Positions 16,819-26,194 of a stretch of DNA of 64,000 nt are shown here, one piece after another. A program made the position numbers and the translations under genes. Numbering within the stretch: the first letter of the stretch is position 1; every line of letters starts with the position of its first letter. The notes beneath the pieces are model-generated. The model worked only from the letters and a program-made list of their open reading frames with translations. It was not told the DNA's origin and made no database searches. Origin of the DNA: Candidatus Saccharimonadales bacterium (lineage in GTDB: Bacteria; Patescibacteriota; Saccharimonadia; Saccharimonadales; JBBQKK01); the NCBI GenBank assembly GCA_038326785.1, contig JBBQKK010000001.1:19813-83812 (forward strand). The letters are read 5' to 3'.

Positions 16819-17244
16819 TTATTGCAACAGTAATGCTCTAAATATTTTGTCTAGTCCATAGTCAACAAGGGCGATTGTTAGCCCGAATATTAATGAAAAT
16901 ATGAAGACTGCTAATGATAATTTCCAAGTCTCGCGACGTGTTGGCCAGGTAACTTGTCGAAGTTCTGCCCATGAGTCTCTGAAGTAAGACAGTAAAAGCA
17001 CTTTGCTCAATATCCTTCCGACAAAACGCATAGGACGGGTTTTGAATGGCTTTAGTATAAAGCTGAATGGACTTGCAGCTTTGCTAACTAATTTACCAGC
17101 TCGCTTGACAGGCACTGATGCTATGCCAACGGCTCGATGTATTTTTCGAGGCTTTCTAGGAACACTTGCTTTCTCTGCGCGTTCCCTTACGGTTTCTGCT
17201 TTTCGAATTGTTCGCTTCTTGGTATTGGTAGAGGTCTCTGCCAC
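16819..17244 (-). CDS. secE: preprotein translocase subunit SecE with a long basic N-terminal extension
   Basis: 141 aa, GTG start preceded by GAGGAG. The C-terminal SWAELRQVTWPTRRETWKLSLAVFIFSLIFGLTIALVDYGLDKIF is the SecE core. Located upstream of nusG. Confidence 0.8.
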   Translation of the reverse strand: MAETSTNTKKRTIRKAETVRERAEKASVPRKPRKIHRAVGIASVPVKRAGKLVSKAASPFSFILKPFKTRPMRFVGRILSKVLLLSYFRDSWAELRQVTWPTRRETWKLSLAVFIFSLIFGLTIALVDYGLDKIFRALLLQ

Positions 17245-17269
17245 TCTGTTGTCTCCTCAAATTAAAAAG

Positions 17270-17303
17270 TCTACCTTAAATAGGTAGATTTCGGACAAGT
17301 CAA
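17270..17303 (-). promoter_or_regulatory. possible secE promoter overlapped by a 7-bp inverted repeat
   Basis: Minus strand reads TTGACT (17303-17298), a 17-nt spacer, then TTTAAG (17280-17275). The inverted repeat tctacct-taaat-aggtaga (17270-17288) covers the -10. The -10 is weak. Confidence 0.3.
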
Positions 17304-17363
17304 ATATAACATATATTACAGCGTGAGCCAATAGGCGAAAGGTTTCTGGTATAGTTTAATTTA

Positions 17364-18845
17364 ATGCTTTCGCTTATATTTATTACTCTTGCGCTGGATG
17401 CGGTGCTTTTCCAGATTAAGCCTATTTGGGCGTTTCGGCGGTATGTCATTTTACTGTATGTATGTCTAGTCAGCTTTATTACTGGCTGGAGCATAGCTAA
17501 TGAACTGACGACTATTAATATGTTGATATTAGTTGTGAGTATTTTTCGTTTAATGAATTATGCAAGAATCGCTATGGGACGTATGCATCCAGAGTATTTG
17601 CTGAAATCTGCTCGCTCAACTGGCTTAATGTTGGGCGGGCTGCAGGCGCTGTTGGTTGTCGTGTCGCTGCTGGACGTCACTCCTTACCTGTCGCATATGC
17701 TCGGAGCAGTAGCTTGGTCGCAACTAGGGGTTGCTCTTCTGTTGGCAGCCATAACGATTCGCAATATCATCAAAACAAAGCATCAGCCGCAAAATGAATT
17801 TTATTCTGATAAAGAGCTTCCTACCGTTAGCGTACTAATACCCGCGCGTAATGAAACAACTGATTTGGAAAATTGCCTTCATTCGCTTTTGGCCTCGGAC
17901 TATCAAAAACTTGAGATTATCGTCCTGGATGATTGTTCGCATTTGAGAACGTCAGAAATTATCCGCGGTTTTGCACAAAAAGGAGTAAGGTTCATTAAAG
18001 GCGCTGAACCAAATGATCACTGGCTAGCAAAAAATCAGGCCTACGAACGATTGCGGCAGGAAGCTAGCGGTGAGTTGTTGTTGTTTTGTGGTGTGGATGT
18101 GCGCTTTGGTTCACGCTCTGTACGATCGCTTGTCACAACACTTATGAATCGCGATAAAGACATGGTGAGCGTGATGCCGCGCCGTTTTGTTAGTACGCCC
18201 TTAGCTGCGTTCATTCAACCTATGCGTTATTGGTGGGAGCTATCCCTGCCACGCCGGTTCTTTAATATGCCGCCAGTGCTGAGTACGTGTTGGCTCATCA
18301 AGGCTGATTCACTGGAACAGCTCGGAGGATTTAAAGCTGTTATGCGTGCCATAATTCCGGAGCTTTATTTTGCCCGTGAAATTATAAAGAAACGCGATGG
18401 TTATAGTTTTGTTCGATCGGATGATGTGTTGGATATTCAGACGGTAAAGAATGTGGGCGAACAGAGGGCTACTGCTGTACGCACGCGATATCCGCAGCTG
18501 AAAAAGCGGCCCGAAAACGTTTTGGCGCTCTCATTCGCGGAATTTGTATTTCTGCTCGGCCCGTTCATTTTATTGCTTGTAAACTACACACTAACAGTTG
18601 ATTTACCTGCATTACCTCTCATTACGGCCTGCCTTCTTTTGGTCTTTACGCACATTACAATCGTTGGCGCTTCAAATCCTTCCAACGTCCCAGTCGCGTT
18701 ATTTAATTTTCCGCTGGTTGTTTTGGGCGAACTCTACTTATTATATGAATCTATGATTAAGTACGAATTTAGCGTGGTTACATGGAAAGACAGAAATATC
18801 TGCGTACCCGTAATGCACGTTGAAAAAAGCTTACCCAGAATTTAG
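17364..18845 (+). CDS. family 2 glycosyltransferase with N- and C-terminal transmembrane segments
   Basis: 493 aa. GT2 core VSVLIPARNETTDLENCLHSLLASDYQKLEIIVLDDCS, flanked by several hydrophobic helices. Confidence 0.8.
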   Translation: MLSLIFITLALDAVLFQIKPIWAFRRYVILLYVCLVSFITGWSIANELTTINMLILVVSIFRLMNYARIAMGRMHPEYLLKSARSTGLMLGGLQALLVVVSLLDVTPYLSHMLGAVAWSQLGVALLLAAITIRNIIKTKHQPQNEFYSDKELPTVSVLIPARNETTDLENCLHSLLASDYQKLEIIVLDDCSHLRTSEIIRGFAQKGVRFIKGAEPNDHWLAKNQAYERLRQEASGELLLFCGVDVRFGSRSVRSLVTTLMNRDKDMVSVMPRRFVSTPLAAFIQPMRYWWELSLPRRFFNMPPVLSTCWLIKADSLEQLGGFKAVMRAIIPELYFAREIIKKRDGYSFVRSDDVLDIQTVKNVGEQRATAVRTRYPQLKKRPENVLALSFAEFVFLLGPFILLLVNYTLTVDLPALPLITACLLLVFTHITIVGASNPSNVPVALFNFPLVVLGELYLLYESMIKYEFSVVTWKDRNICVPVMHVEKSLPRI

Positions 18846-18846
18846 C

Positions 18847-19959
18847 TCAGTCCAAATTGGGAATAAATATACGGAATGTTGAGCCTTTGTTGAGCTCGCT
18901 TTCTATATCTACTTCTGCGTGTATTAAACGGGCAAGTTTCATGGTGACGTACAAACCGAGGCCCGTGCCGTTGTTTGCGCGTGTCCTGTAGTCTTCACTG
19001 CGGAAAAACTTATCGAACACTTTTTCTTGATCTGATTTACTTATGCCTATCCCCGTGTCCTCTACATAAAATTCGATTCCATCGGCCTTGGGATGGGCAC
19101 CGATAGTAACGTTACCCTTTTCGGTGTATTTGATGGCATTTGTAATGAAGTTCTGTAGTATTTCCCTGACATACAGCTTGCTGGATTTAAGCATCTCAAG
19201 TGACGGATGCTTGTCGAGTATTAGCTCTAAGCCCTTTTGCTCCGCCTGTGGGCTGTAATTAGAGTACAAATCATTTAATAGTTCGTGGGCATTGATATTT
19301 TCCGTTTCCACGTTCAATTTCCCGCGTTCTGCTCTGGATAAGGTCGCTAGGTCATTAATCATGCCGCTCAAAAAATTAATCTGATCGTGCGCCTGCTTGA
19401 GCGCGCTGGCGATGGCAGGATTATTTATTCCAGACTTTTCGTATATAAATTCTGCGTTGCCCAGGTTCCCTTCGGCGATAGCAATCGGTGTTCTGAGTTC
19501 ATGGCTAACAACGCTGATAAATTCATCCCGCTCTTCCTCTAATGATTTTTCACGGGTAATATCGCGCAGTAGTATGACGTATCCGCGCATGCCTGCTTGG
19601 CCATAGCCCAATTTGACCGGTGCAATACTCGTATATAAATTAATGCTGCTGCCGTCAGGATAGGTCAACTTCATGTCGCGCGAAGCGGTAGATGTTTTAC
19701 TTTGCAGTACCAGATGATGCGCATCTATAGGCTGGTTGTTTTTGTCTACTAAATGTAAAACGTCTTTGATTGGTCGGTTTGTCATGCTGCCGTTAACGTC
19801 CAGAATATTTAATGCGGCGCCATTATAGAGCACTATCTTTGCTCTTTCATCAGTAGCTATGACCCCATCCGCCATACTATTAATAAGGCTGGTTAAGCGC
19901 TCGCGCTCTAACTCTGCATTTTGAACGGGTAAGCCCCGGGGACTGTCTGGCATAAGCAT
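18847..19959 (-). CDS. cytoplasmic PAS-domain sensor histidine kinase (no partner response regulator in the window)
   Basis: 370 aa. PAS-like N-terminus, H-box VVSHELRTPI, N-box QNFITNAIKY, G1 VEDTGIGI and G2 GTGLGL. No transmembrane segment seen. Confidence 0.85.
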   Translation of the reverse strand: MLMPDSPRGLPVQNAELERERLTSLINSMADGVIATDERAKIVLYNGAALNILDVNGSMTNRPIKDVLHLVDKNNQPIDAHHLVLQSKTSTASRDMKLTYPDGSSINLYTSIAPVKLGYGQAGMRGYVILLRDITREKSLEEERDEFISVVSHELRTPIAIAEGNLGNAEFIYEKSGINNPAIASALKQAHDQINFLSGMINDLATLSRAERGKLNVETENINAHELLNDLYSNYSPQAEQKGLELILDKHPSLEMLKSSKLYVREILQNFITNAIKYTEKGNVTIGAHPKADGIEFYVEDTGIGISKSDQEKVFDKFFRSEDYRTRANNGTGLGLYVTMKLARLIHAEVDIESELNKGSTFRIFIPNLD

Positions 19960-19990
19960 TATTATTGCATACGACGAGTTTCAGTAAAAT

Positions 19991-20710
19991 CTAATTGCTG
20001 TTAGACTGCATATTTAGTACATCTGGCCTATAGTGCTTAATACTTTTTCGCGCTGATTCGAGATTAGGGCTATACAGCGCCATCTCCATCCAAAATGGTT
20101 TACCGTGTGCCATGATTCTCGTGTGGGCCAGTTCATGCAGCAATACGTAATCAATTAGGTCATCGGGCAGCTGCATAAGGAAACAGTTTAGTGTTATGTT
20201 TTTTTGTGAACTGCAGCTTCCCCATCTACCTTTGAGTTGTTTTATACGTACATCTTTGTAGTTATATCCGAATTTTCGGGCGAGCTCTTCCAGTCGACCC
20301 GGCAAATACTGTTCGGCCTGCTTTTTCAGTGATTTTATCGCTGCGGTTCTTGCGGCCTTCTGGACGTCCGCTGAATGTATGTCAGTATCTAGCGGAATAG
20401 TAATTCGAATATAATCGCCTGCAACCGAACTACGAATCTTCTTGGCAGCGTGATCTCGAATAATAAATAGTTTATCTCGTTTGCCTATGTGCATATAGGG
20501 AGCCATGGATTCCTTCTTGGGAAGGTTTTCTATAATCCATGTCCTTTTGGATGCTGCGAAGGCCGTAGCGGCCGCGTACGGCGTCCAATGTGGAAGAGTA
20601 ACCCGGATATCGCCGTTGGCATCTATGCGCAAACGCATAGTGCGCGCTCCCTTTCTTTTGTAGAGCTTGATATCCCCAATCTCAGGAATATTTACAACTT
20701 TAGCAGGCAT
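19991..20710 (-). CDS. YgjP-like (DUF45/M48-like) metal-dependent hydrolase
   Basis: 239 aa. RWGSCSSQKNITLN followed by zinc motif LLHELAHTRIMAHGKPFW. Confidence 0.78.
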   Translation of the reverse strand: MPAKVVNIPEIGDIKLYKRKGARTMRLRIDANGDIRVTLPHWTPYAAATAFAASKRTWIIENLPKKESMAPYMHIGKRDKLFIIRDHAAKKIRSSVAGDYIRITIPLDTDIHSADVQKAARTAAIKSLKKQAEQYLPGRLEELARKFGYNYKDVRIKQLKGRWGSCSSQKNITLNCFLMQLPDDLIDYVLLHELAHTRIMAHGKPFWMEMALYSPNLESARKSIKHYRPDVLNMQSNSN

Positions 20711-20712
20711 GG

Positions 20713-21375
20713 CTAACGAATAACGATGTTTCGGCGCGATTGATCTACTCTGCCGGCCATTGGATTCGGAATGAGGTTCACCAGTTCAGGCTTAACCATT
20801 TTGCTGGCGGCAAGCTCTCTACTCAGTAAGCCCATATCGTAAAAACGCTTAAATATTGCGCTGCGTTGAGTTTGGTACGTGTGCTTGCCACTTACCACTA
20901 CATAGTCTTCAATCTGTGTAGGATTTTGCATGCGTCCAATGGTTTCCTCAAACACTGCGCGGTCCATGAGCACTGCATAACGATCATCCGCTTTGCGGCG
21001 GTCTCTTTTGCTGGCGCGAATTAGCGCACTTTCTAGGTCAATCTGTAGCCATATGAGAACTGGGTGGGCCTTTGCTTTGCGAGCCATATCCCGAAGTGCC
21101 CGACGTTGGTTGGCTCGAGCGGTGTTGACGTCATAAATAACGCTGACACCGGCAGCTAGAAACTCCTCAGCCATATATTGCATCAGGTGCTCGACAATTT
21201 GATTCTCCTGGCTATCATAGCGAGGCTCTTCAAATAATTCGAATCTTATGCGGTCGGCCTGAATATGCGCTGCATGCATGTCGTCACAAAGCTGCCGGGC
21301 GAGAGCCGTCTTGCCTGCTCCCGGAAAACCGTAGAGCATTATCATAGTTGGTTTGGTCAGCTCTAACTTGTTCAT
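20713..21375 (-). CDS. AAA/P-loop kinase-like ATP-binding protein
   Basis: 220 aa. Walker A LYGFPGAGKTALA, with overall resemblance to the small AAA_33/zeta-like kinase fold. The substrate is unknown. Confidence 0.55.
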   Translation of the reverse strand: MNKLELTKPTMIMLYGFPGAGKTALARQLCDDMHAAHIQADRIRFELFEEPRYDSQENQIVEHLMQYMAEEFLAAGVSVIYDVNTARANQRRALRDMARKAKAHPVLIWLQIDLESALIRASKRDRRKADDRYAVLMDRAVFEETIGRMQNPTQIEDYVVVSGKHTYQTQRSAIFKRFYDMGLLSRELAASKMVKPELVNLIPNPMAGRVDQSRRNIVIR

Positions 21376-21472
21376 TACATTATGGTATACCAGTTTTCAT
21401 CTGATAAATAAAGACCTTACCGATGATTACCAGATGACAAAAATTAAAAATTACAGTAGTATACCCAAGTAT

Positions 21473-21493
21473 TTCCTTGAAAAATGCAAGGAA
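21473..21493 (+). other. 7-bp hairpin immediately 5' of tRNA-Trp
   Basis: ttccttg-aaaaatg-caaggaa, ending 6 nt before the tRNA 5' end. Confidence 0.5.
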
Positions 21494-21499
21494 TAATAC

Positions 21500-21575
21500 A
21501 GGGGTGTAGCTCAATTGGTAGAGTAGCGGTCTCCAAAACCGTTGGTTGCAGGTTCGAGTCCTGTCACCCCTGCCA
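21500..21575 (+). tRNA. tRNA-Trp (anticodon CCA), CCA end encoded
   Basis: Hand-folded cloverleaf: acceptor aggggtg/cacccct, anticodon stem gcggt/accgt with loop cuCCAaa, T-loop ttcgagt, discriminator g, then cca. Confidence 0.92.
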
Positions 21576-21583
21576 AATAATGA

Positions 21584-21616
21584 AGATCAGGCTTTTTGTC
21601 TGGTCTTTATTAATTT
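21584..21616 (+). terminator. probable terminator after tRNA-Trp
   Basis: Stem agatcag/ctggtct (one G-T pair) with a 9-nt loop, followed by TTATTAATTT. Confidence 0.4.
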
Positions 21617-21780
21617 GCGTTCACGAGATGCTGAGCTCGGATAATAGAAGTCATGCAGATGATTGGTATGAATAATGTTTATGTAATTAAAGTAATTTTA
21701 TTCCTCTAATAATAAAAATGTTATGAATAATATGTTAGCTATCAGAGGTAGGAGCCATAGATAGATTTCTCGCAAAGTAG

Positions 21781-21809
21781 TTGTGCTTGCAGCTTAATGT
21801 ATCTATACT
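21781..21809 (+). promoter_or_regulatory. sigma-70-type promoter for the alpha-glucan cluster
   Basis: TTGTGC (21781-21786), a 17-nt spacer, then TATACT (21804-21809), 35 nt upstream of the ATG at 21845. Confidence 0.45.
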
Positions 21810-21844
21810 GTAGGTTGAATAAAGCAGGGTGTAAGTGGGGTAAA

Positions 21845-23050
21845 ATGAAAATTCTGATGCTCGGGTGGGAACTTCCTCCGCATAATAGCGGTGGGCTTGG
21901 AGTCGCTTGTCTCCAGCTCTGTAAATCCCTCTCTGGCAAGGGGGCGGATATTGAATTTGTCCTTCCCTATTCCGCTGAACATGATGTCGATTTTATGCGA
22001 GTAAGTGCTGCGCATCCCCAAAACGTACACGAGGTACTAAAATCCGGAATTGCGTACGACAGTTATAAATATGTTTATTCTGACGGGCATGAGGAGTGGG
22101 TTGATATATATGGTCAACAGCAGATTTTTGAACGTTCTATTTCGCACGTTGTTGAAGATTTAGAGTTCGATATCATCCATGCTCATGACTGGCTGACTTT
22201 CCGCGCAGCAATTCGTGCAAAAGAACTATCTGGCAAGCCGATGATTTTGCATGTGCATTCTATTGAATCTGATCGTGCAGGTGGCGGGCATGGCAACCCT
22301 TTGGTACGAGAAATTGAGTCTCTTTCTATGATGATGGCCGACAGAGTCATTGCGGTTAGTAATCATACAAAAAAAGCTATCATACGCGAGTATGATATTC
22401 CTGCAGATAAAATCGAAGTCGTTCATAACAGCATCGATATGTCTGATGTCCGGCCCCTTGATGAAGATAATACTTACCGTTACTTGGAATCAATGCGACG
22501 CCAGGGCTACAGGGTCGTCGTGAACATTGGCAGGCTGACTATGCAAAAGGGCTTACCCAACTTCTTGCGTGCAGCTCAAAAAGTCGTAGCAAAGGCCCCT
22601 AAGACACTATTCTTAATAGTGGGAAGCGGCGAGCAGCAGTATGAGCTATTGGAGCTTGCGGCAGAGTTAGGGATAAGTAAAAACGTAATTTTTGCCGGAT
22701 TCCAGCGCGGAAAAGCATGGAGAGATGCATATGCAATTGGCGATCTATTTGTAATGCCTTCTATTTCTGAACCCTTCGGGTTAACGCCACTTGAGGCCAT
22801 AGGTTACGGAACGCCCACGCTTATTACCAGACAGTCAGGTGTAGCTGAAATACTCATCAATAGCTTGAAAGTGGATTACTGGGACATAGATGAAATGGCC
22901 AATAAAATGGTCGCAGTTGTTACCAATGATGTTCTGAGGGATGAGCTACACACAAATTCGCTACACGAATATAAGCGGTTAACATGGAGCCATTCAGCCG
23001 ATAAAATGATGGATTTATACCGCACGCACACGAATGAGGTTTTCGCATGA
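21845..23050 (+). CDS. GT4/GT5-type glycosyltransferase (archaeal-type glycogen-synthase-like)
   Basis: The ORF track starts at 21797. I prefer ATG 21845 (MKILMLGWELPPHNSGGLGVACLQL...), the typical N-terminus of this family. The C-terminal part has the PSISEPFGLTPLEA motif (E-x7-E region). Confidence 0.82.
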   Translation: MKILMLGWELPPHNSGGLGVACLQLCKSLSGKGADIEFVLPYSAEHDVDFMRVSAAHPQNVHEVLKSGIAYDSYKYVYSDGHEEWVDIYGQQQIFERSISHVVEDLEFDIIHAHDWLTFRAAIRAKELSGKPMILHVHSIESDRAGGGHGNPLVREIESLSMMMADRVIAVSNHTKKAIIREYDIPADKIEVVHNSIDMSDVRPLDEDNTYRYLESMRRQGYRVVVNIGRLTMQKGLPNFLRAAQKVVAKAPKTLFLIVGSGEQQYELLELAAELGISKNVIFAGFQRGKAWRDAYAIGDLFVMPSISEPFGLTPLEAIGYGTPTLITRQSGVAEILINSLKVDYWDIDEMANKMVAVVTNDVLRDELHTNSLHEYKRLTWSHSADKMMDLYRTHTNEVFA

Positions 23051-24258
23051 GCAAAAAAGCTATAGTTCTGTACCTGCACGTTCACCAACCATTCCGCATC
23101 CGGCACTATACTGTTTTTGACGCTGGTGCTGAGCATGACTACTTTGACGCTCCGTATGACGACCGAACGAGTAATCATCAGATTCTTAATAAAGTAATCC
23201 AGAAGTCCTACATCCCTACAAACAAGAAACTACTAGAGTTACTTAATAAGCACCCCGAGTTTAAAGTTAGTCTGTCGATAACCGGCACCATATTAGAGCA
23301 GATGGAGCGGTGGTCGCCTGCCACCCTGCACTCTTTTCAGGAATTAGTACAAACTGGCCGCGTCGAGATAGTTGGCGAAACGTACCACCATAGTCTCGCG
23401 TTCTTCTATTCACTTGCAGAATTTGAGTTGCAAGTGAAAATGCACCGCGAAAAGGTAGAGCAGCTGTTTGGGCAGACTCCAAAAGTTTTTCGAAACACTG
23501 AACTTAGCTACAACAACGATTTAGCGTATTGGGCTGATCGTGCCGGATATAAGGGTATATTAGCTGAGGGCTGGGATCCAATCCTAGGGTGGCGAAGTCC
23601 TAACTTTGTTTATCGACCAACATACACTAACAACATCCGGTTGCTTATGAAAAACTATCGGCTGAGTGATGATATTGCGTTTCGTTTTGGCAATCGCAGC
23701 TGGGCCGAGTGGCCGCTTACGGCAGACAAGTTTGCAAATTGGTTGCGAGATTCTGGCGACGCCACTAACTTCAACCTGTTTATGGATTATGAGACCTTTG
23801 GTGAACATCAATGGAGCGAATCGGGAATTTTTACTTTCCTAGAAGAGCTGCCACACGAGTGGTTGAAAGATGAAAATCATACGTTCATGACTGTTTCTGA
23901 GGCGATAGATTCATTTGATCCTGTCGATCAGGTGGATGTACCGGAAACTACTACCTGGGCAGACACCGAGCGAGACTTGTCAGCTTGGCTGGGCAACGCA
24001 ATGCAGCAACAAGCTATAAATGCTTTATATGAGTTACAGACTCCTGTAATACAAAGCGGCGACCTGGTGCTCATAGAAGACTGGCGTAAATTACAAACTT
24101 CAGACCATTTTTACTATATGTGTACGAAATGGTTTAGTGACGGGGATATACATGCATATTTTAGCCCGTACGAAACGCCCTATGAAGCATTTATGAACTT
24201 TATGAATGCATGGCATGATCTACGCTATAGGCTCATTGAAAAAGGAGTTAACTTTTAG
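23047..24258 (+). CDS. glycoside hydrolase family 57 (alpha-amylase / amylopullulanase-like)
   Basis: 403 aa. N-terminus VLYLHVHQPFRIRHY plus ETFGEHQW and WADTERDLSAWLGN blocks typical of GH57. Its ATG overlaps the upstream TGA (ATGA). Confidence 0.82.
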   Translation: MSKKAIVLYLHVHQPFRIRHYTVFDAGAEHDYFDAPYDDRTSNHQILNKVIQKSYIPTNKKLLELLNKHPEFKVSLSITGTILEQMERWSPATLHSFQELVQTGRVEIVGETYHHSLAFFYSLAEFELQVKMHREKVEQLFGQTPKVFRNTELSYNNDLAYWADRAGYKGILAEGWDPILGWRSPNFVYRPTYTNNIRLLMKNYRLSDDIAFRFGNRSWAEWPLTADKFANWLRDSGDATNFNLFMDYETFGEHQWSESGIFTFLEELPHEWLKDENHTFMTVSEAIDSFDPVDQVDVPETTTWADTERDLSAWLGNAMQQQAINALYELQTPVIQSGDLVLIEDWRKLQTSDHFYYMCTKWFSDGDIHAYFSPYETPYEAFMNFMNAWHDLRYRLIEKGVNF

Positions 24259-26192
24259 TGGCACGTCCAGTAATGCTCAGCAATGGCGGTCTCACTGTTG
24301 GTCTCAACGAACAAGGCCTGGTGCATGATTTTTATTTCCCATTCGTTGGGCTCGAGAACCTGACCACCGCCAGAAGTGTGCATCACAAAGTCGGCGTGTG
24401 GGTCGAGGGAGAATTCAGCTGGGTTGACGACGGCACCTGGAAAATTCAAGTTGACTTTGAAACTGATGCGCTTGTGAGTTCAATTAACATGGTGCACGAA
24501 GCATTAGGGATAAAGTTACAGTTTAAGGATTTTGTAGACTCTGAATTTGATGCATTCTGCCGACGAATCAAAATTCACAATCTTAGTGATGATGACCGAG
24601 AAATCCGGGTGTTTATGCATCAGGTATTCCAGATATCATCCGATGGCCGTGCGGACACGGCATTATATGTCCCAGAGAATCATTATGTACTGGATTATAA
24701 GGGTCGTACATCGTTGCTTATTTATGGCGAAGATGACAAAGGTTGCGCTTTTGACCAGTTCGCTGTTGGGAACTACGGCATTGAAGGAAAAGAAGGCACA
24801 TTTCGTGATGCAGAAGACGGCGAACTATCTGGATCTGCCGTGGAGCACGGCGGAGTTGACTCGGTACTTCGATTTACGCATACCATTGCCGCCAATGGTG
24901 AAGCCGGATTAAATTACTGGATAGTTGCTGACTCCTCTCAGTATCATGCAGAAGAAATTCATGTTGCTATCCGGAACCATGGTGTCATTGAGCGGCTCAA
25001 CAAGACTCGTGATTACTGGCACAACTGGCTCAGCGTCGCAGAGCAGAAAATTGTAGGAGTCCAAGCTGAATACGCAGGGCCCCTCAAAAAGTCTCTGATG
25101 CTGGTAAAGGCGCACATGGATAAGCACGGAGGCGTAATTGCTTCTTGCGATTCATCTATTTATAACTATGGCCGAGACTACTATAGTTACGTTTGGCCTA
25201 GAGACGGAGCATACGCTATATGGCCTTTGATACGATTGGGCTATACAGAAGAACCTCGCGCATTCTTCTTATTCTGCCGGGATATCTTGACAAAAAAAGG
25301 GTACCTGATGCACAAATATCAGCCCGACCGAGCGGTAGGTAGTACTTGGCATCCATTGTTACACGGAGATCGTAAAGAACTGGCTATACAGGAAGATGAA
25401 ACCGCAATCGTTATATATATGCTGGGGGAATACTATCGCCACAGCAATGATAAGGAATTTGTGGCCGATTTGTATGAAAGCTTTGTGCGGCCAGCGGCAT
25501 TGTTTTTGTCTTCATATGTTGATGAGGAAACAGGATTGCCCCACGCGAGCTATGACCTATGGGAGGAAAAATTCCTCACAAGCTCCTATACTACGGCCGT
25601 AACATACCAGGCTCTGCTCGTAGCATCTGAATTCGCAGCAAATTTTGGGTTTACTGTAGAGGCCGAGGAATGGCAACGCTCAGCTGAGCATATCGCTAAG
25701 CACGCTTCTCTTCTGGTTAACCCTGATGATGGCACTATACGAAAAGGGCTATTGCTACAAGCGGACGGTTCGCTGCAATTTGATAATACGCTCGATGTCT
25801 CAAGCCTGTATGGCGGTGCACTATTTGGCTTATTTGATGCCACTCCAGAAGTTATTACTACGACTGCCGCTCAAATAGAACATAGGCTATTGGGATGTTC
25901 TACTTCAGACGGAAGCCCTCGCTACGAAAACGACCGATACTTTGCAATAAGTGACGACTCTCTTGGAAATCCGTGGATCGTCACCACATTATGGATTGCG
26001 CAATACTATGTTCGCGTAAAACGCGTTGATGCTGCCCGGCACTACATTGACTGGACCCTCAGATCCACTTTACCAGGCGGCGTAATGCCGGAACAAATCG
26101 ATCCCAACACTGGCGCGCCGATTTCAGTAGCTCCACTCGTATGGAGTCATGCTGAATTTATTAATACGGTACTGGATTTGCCTCAGGCATAA
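24258..26192 (+). CDS. glycoside hydrolase family 15 (glucoamylase-related)
   Basis: 644 aa, GTG start. N-terminal beta-sandwich region, then an (alpha/alpha)6-type region with YSYVWPRDGAYA, LWEE, and SPRYENDRY...NPWIVTTLW motifs. Confidence 0.85.
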   Translation: MARPVMLSNGGLTVGLNEQGLVHDFYFPFVGLENLTTARSVHHKVGVWVEGEFSWVDDGTWKIQVDFETDALVSSINMVHEALGIKLQFKDFVDSEFDAFCRRIKIHNLSDDDREIRVFMHQVFQISSDGRADTALYVPENHYVLDYKGRTSLLIYGEDDKGCAFDQFAVGNYGIEGKEGTFRDAEDGELSGSAVEHGGVDSVLRFTHTIAANGEAGLNYWIVADSSQYHAEEIHVAIRNHGVIERLNKTRDYWHNWLSVAEQKIVGVQAEYAGPLKKSLMLVKAHMDKHGGVIASCDSSIYNYGRDYYSYVWPRDGAYAIWPLIRLGYTEEPRAFFLFCRDILTKKGYLMHKYQPDRAVGSTWHPLLHGDRKELAIQEDETAIVIYMLGEYYRHSNDKEFVADLYESFVRPAALFLSSYVDEETGLPHASYDLWEEKFLTSSYTTAVTYQALLVASEFAANFGFTVEAEEWQRSAEHIAKHASLLVNPDDGTIRKGLLLQADGSLQFDNTLDVSSLYGGALFGLFDATPEVITTTAAQIEHRLLGCSTSDGSPRYENDRYFAISDDSLGNPWIVTTLWIAQYYVRVKRVDAARHYIDWTLRSTLPGGVMPEQIDPNTGAPISVAPLVWSHAEFINTVLDLPQA

Positions 26193-26194
26193 AA

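Noticed and set aside
21576-21675. 31-63 codon + strand ORF starting within or after tRNA-Trp (MKIRLFVWSLLICVHEML...).
   Set aside because: It overlaps the tRNA and its terminator hairpin, has no ribosome-binding site, and lies in AT-rich non-coding-looking sequence.
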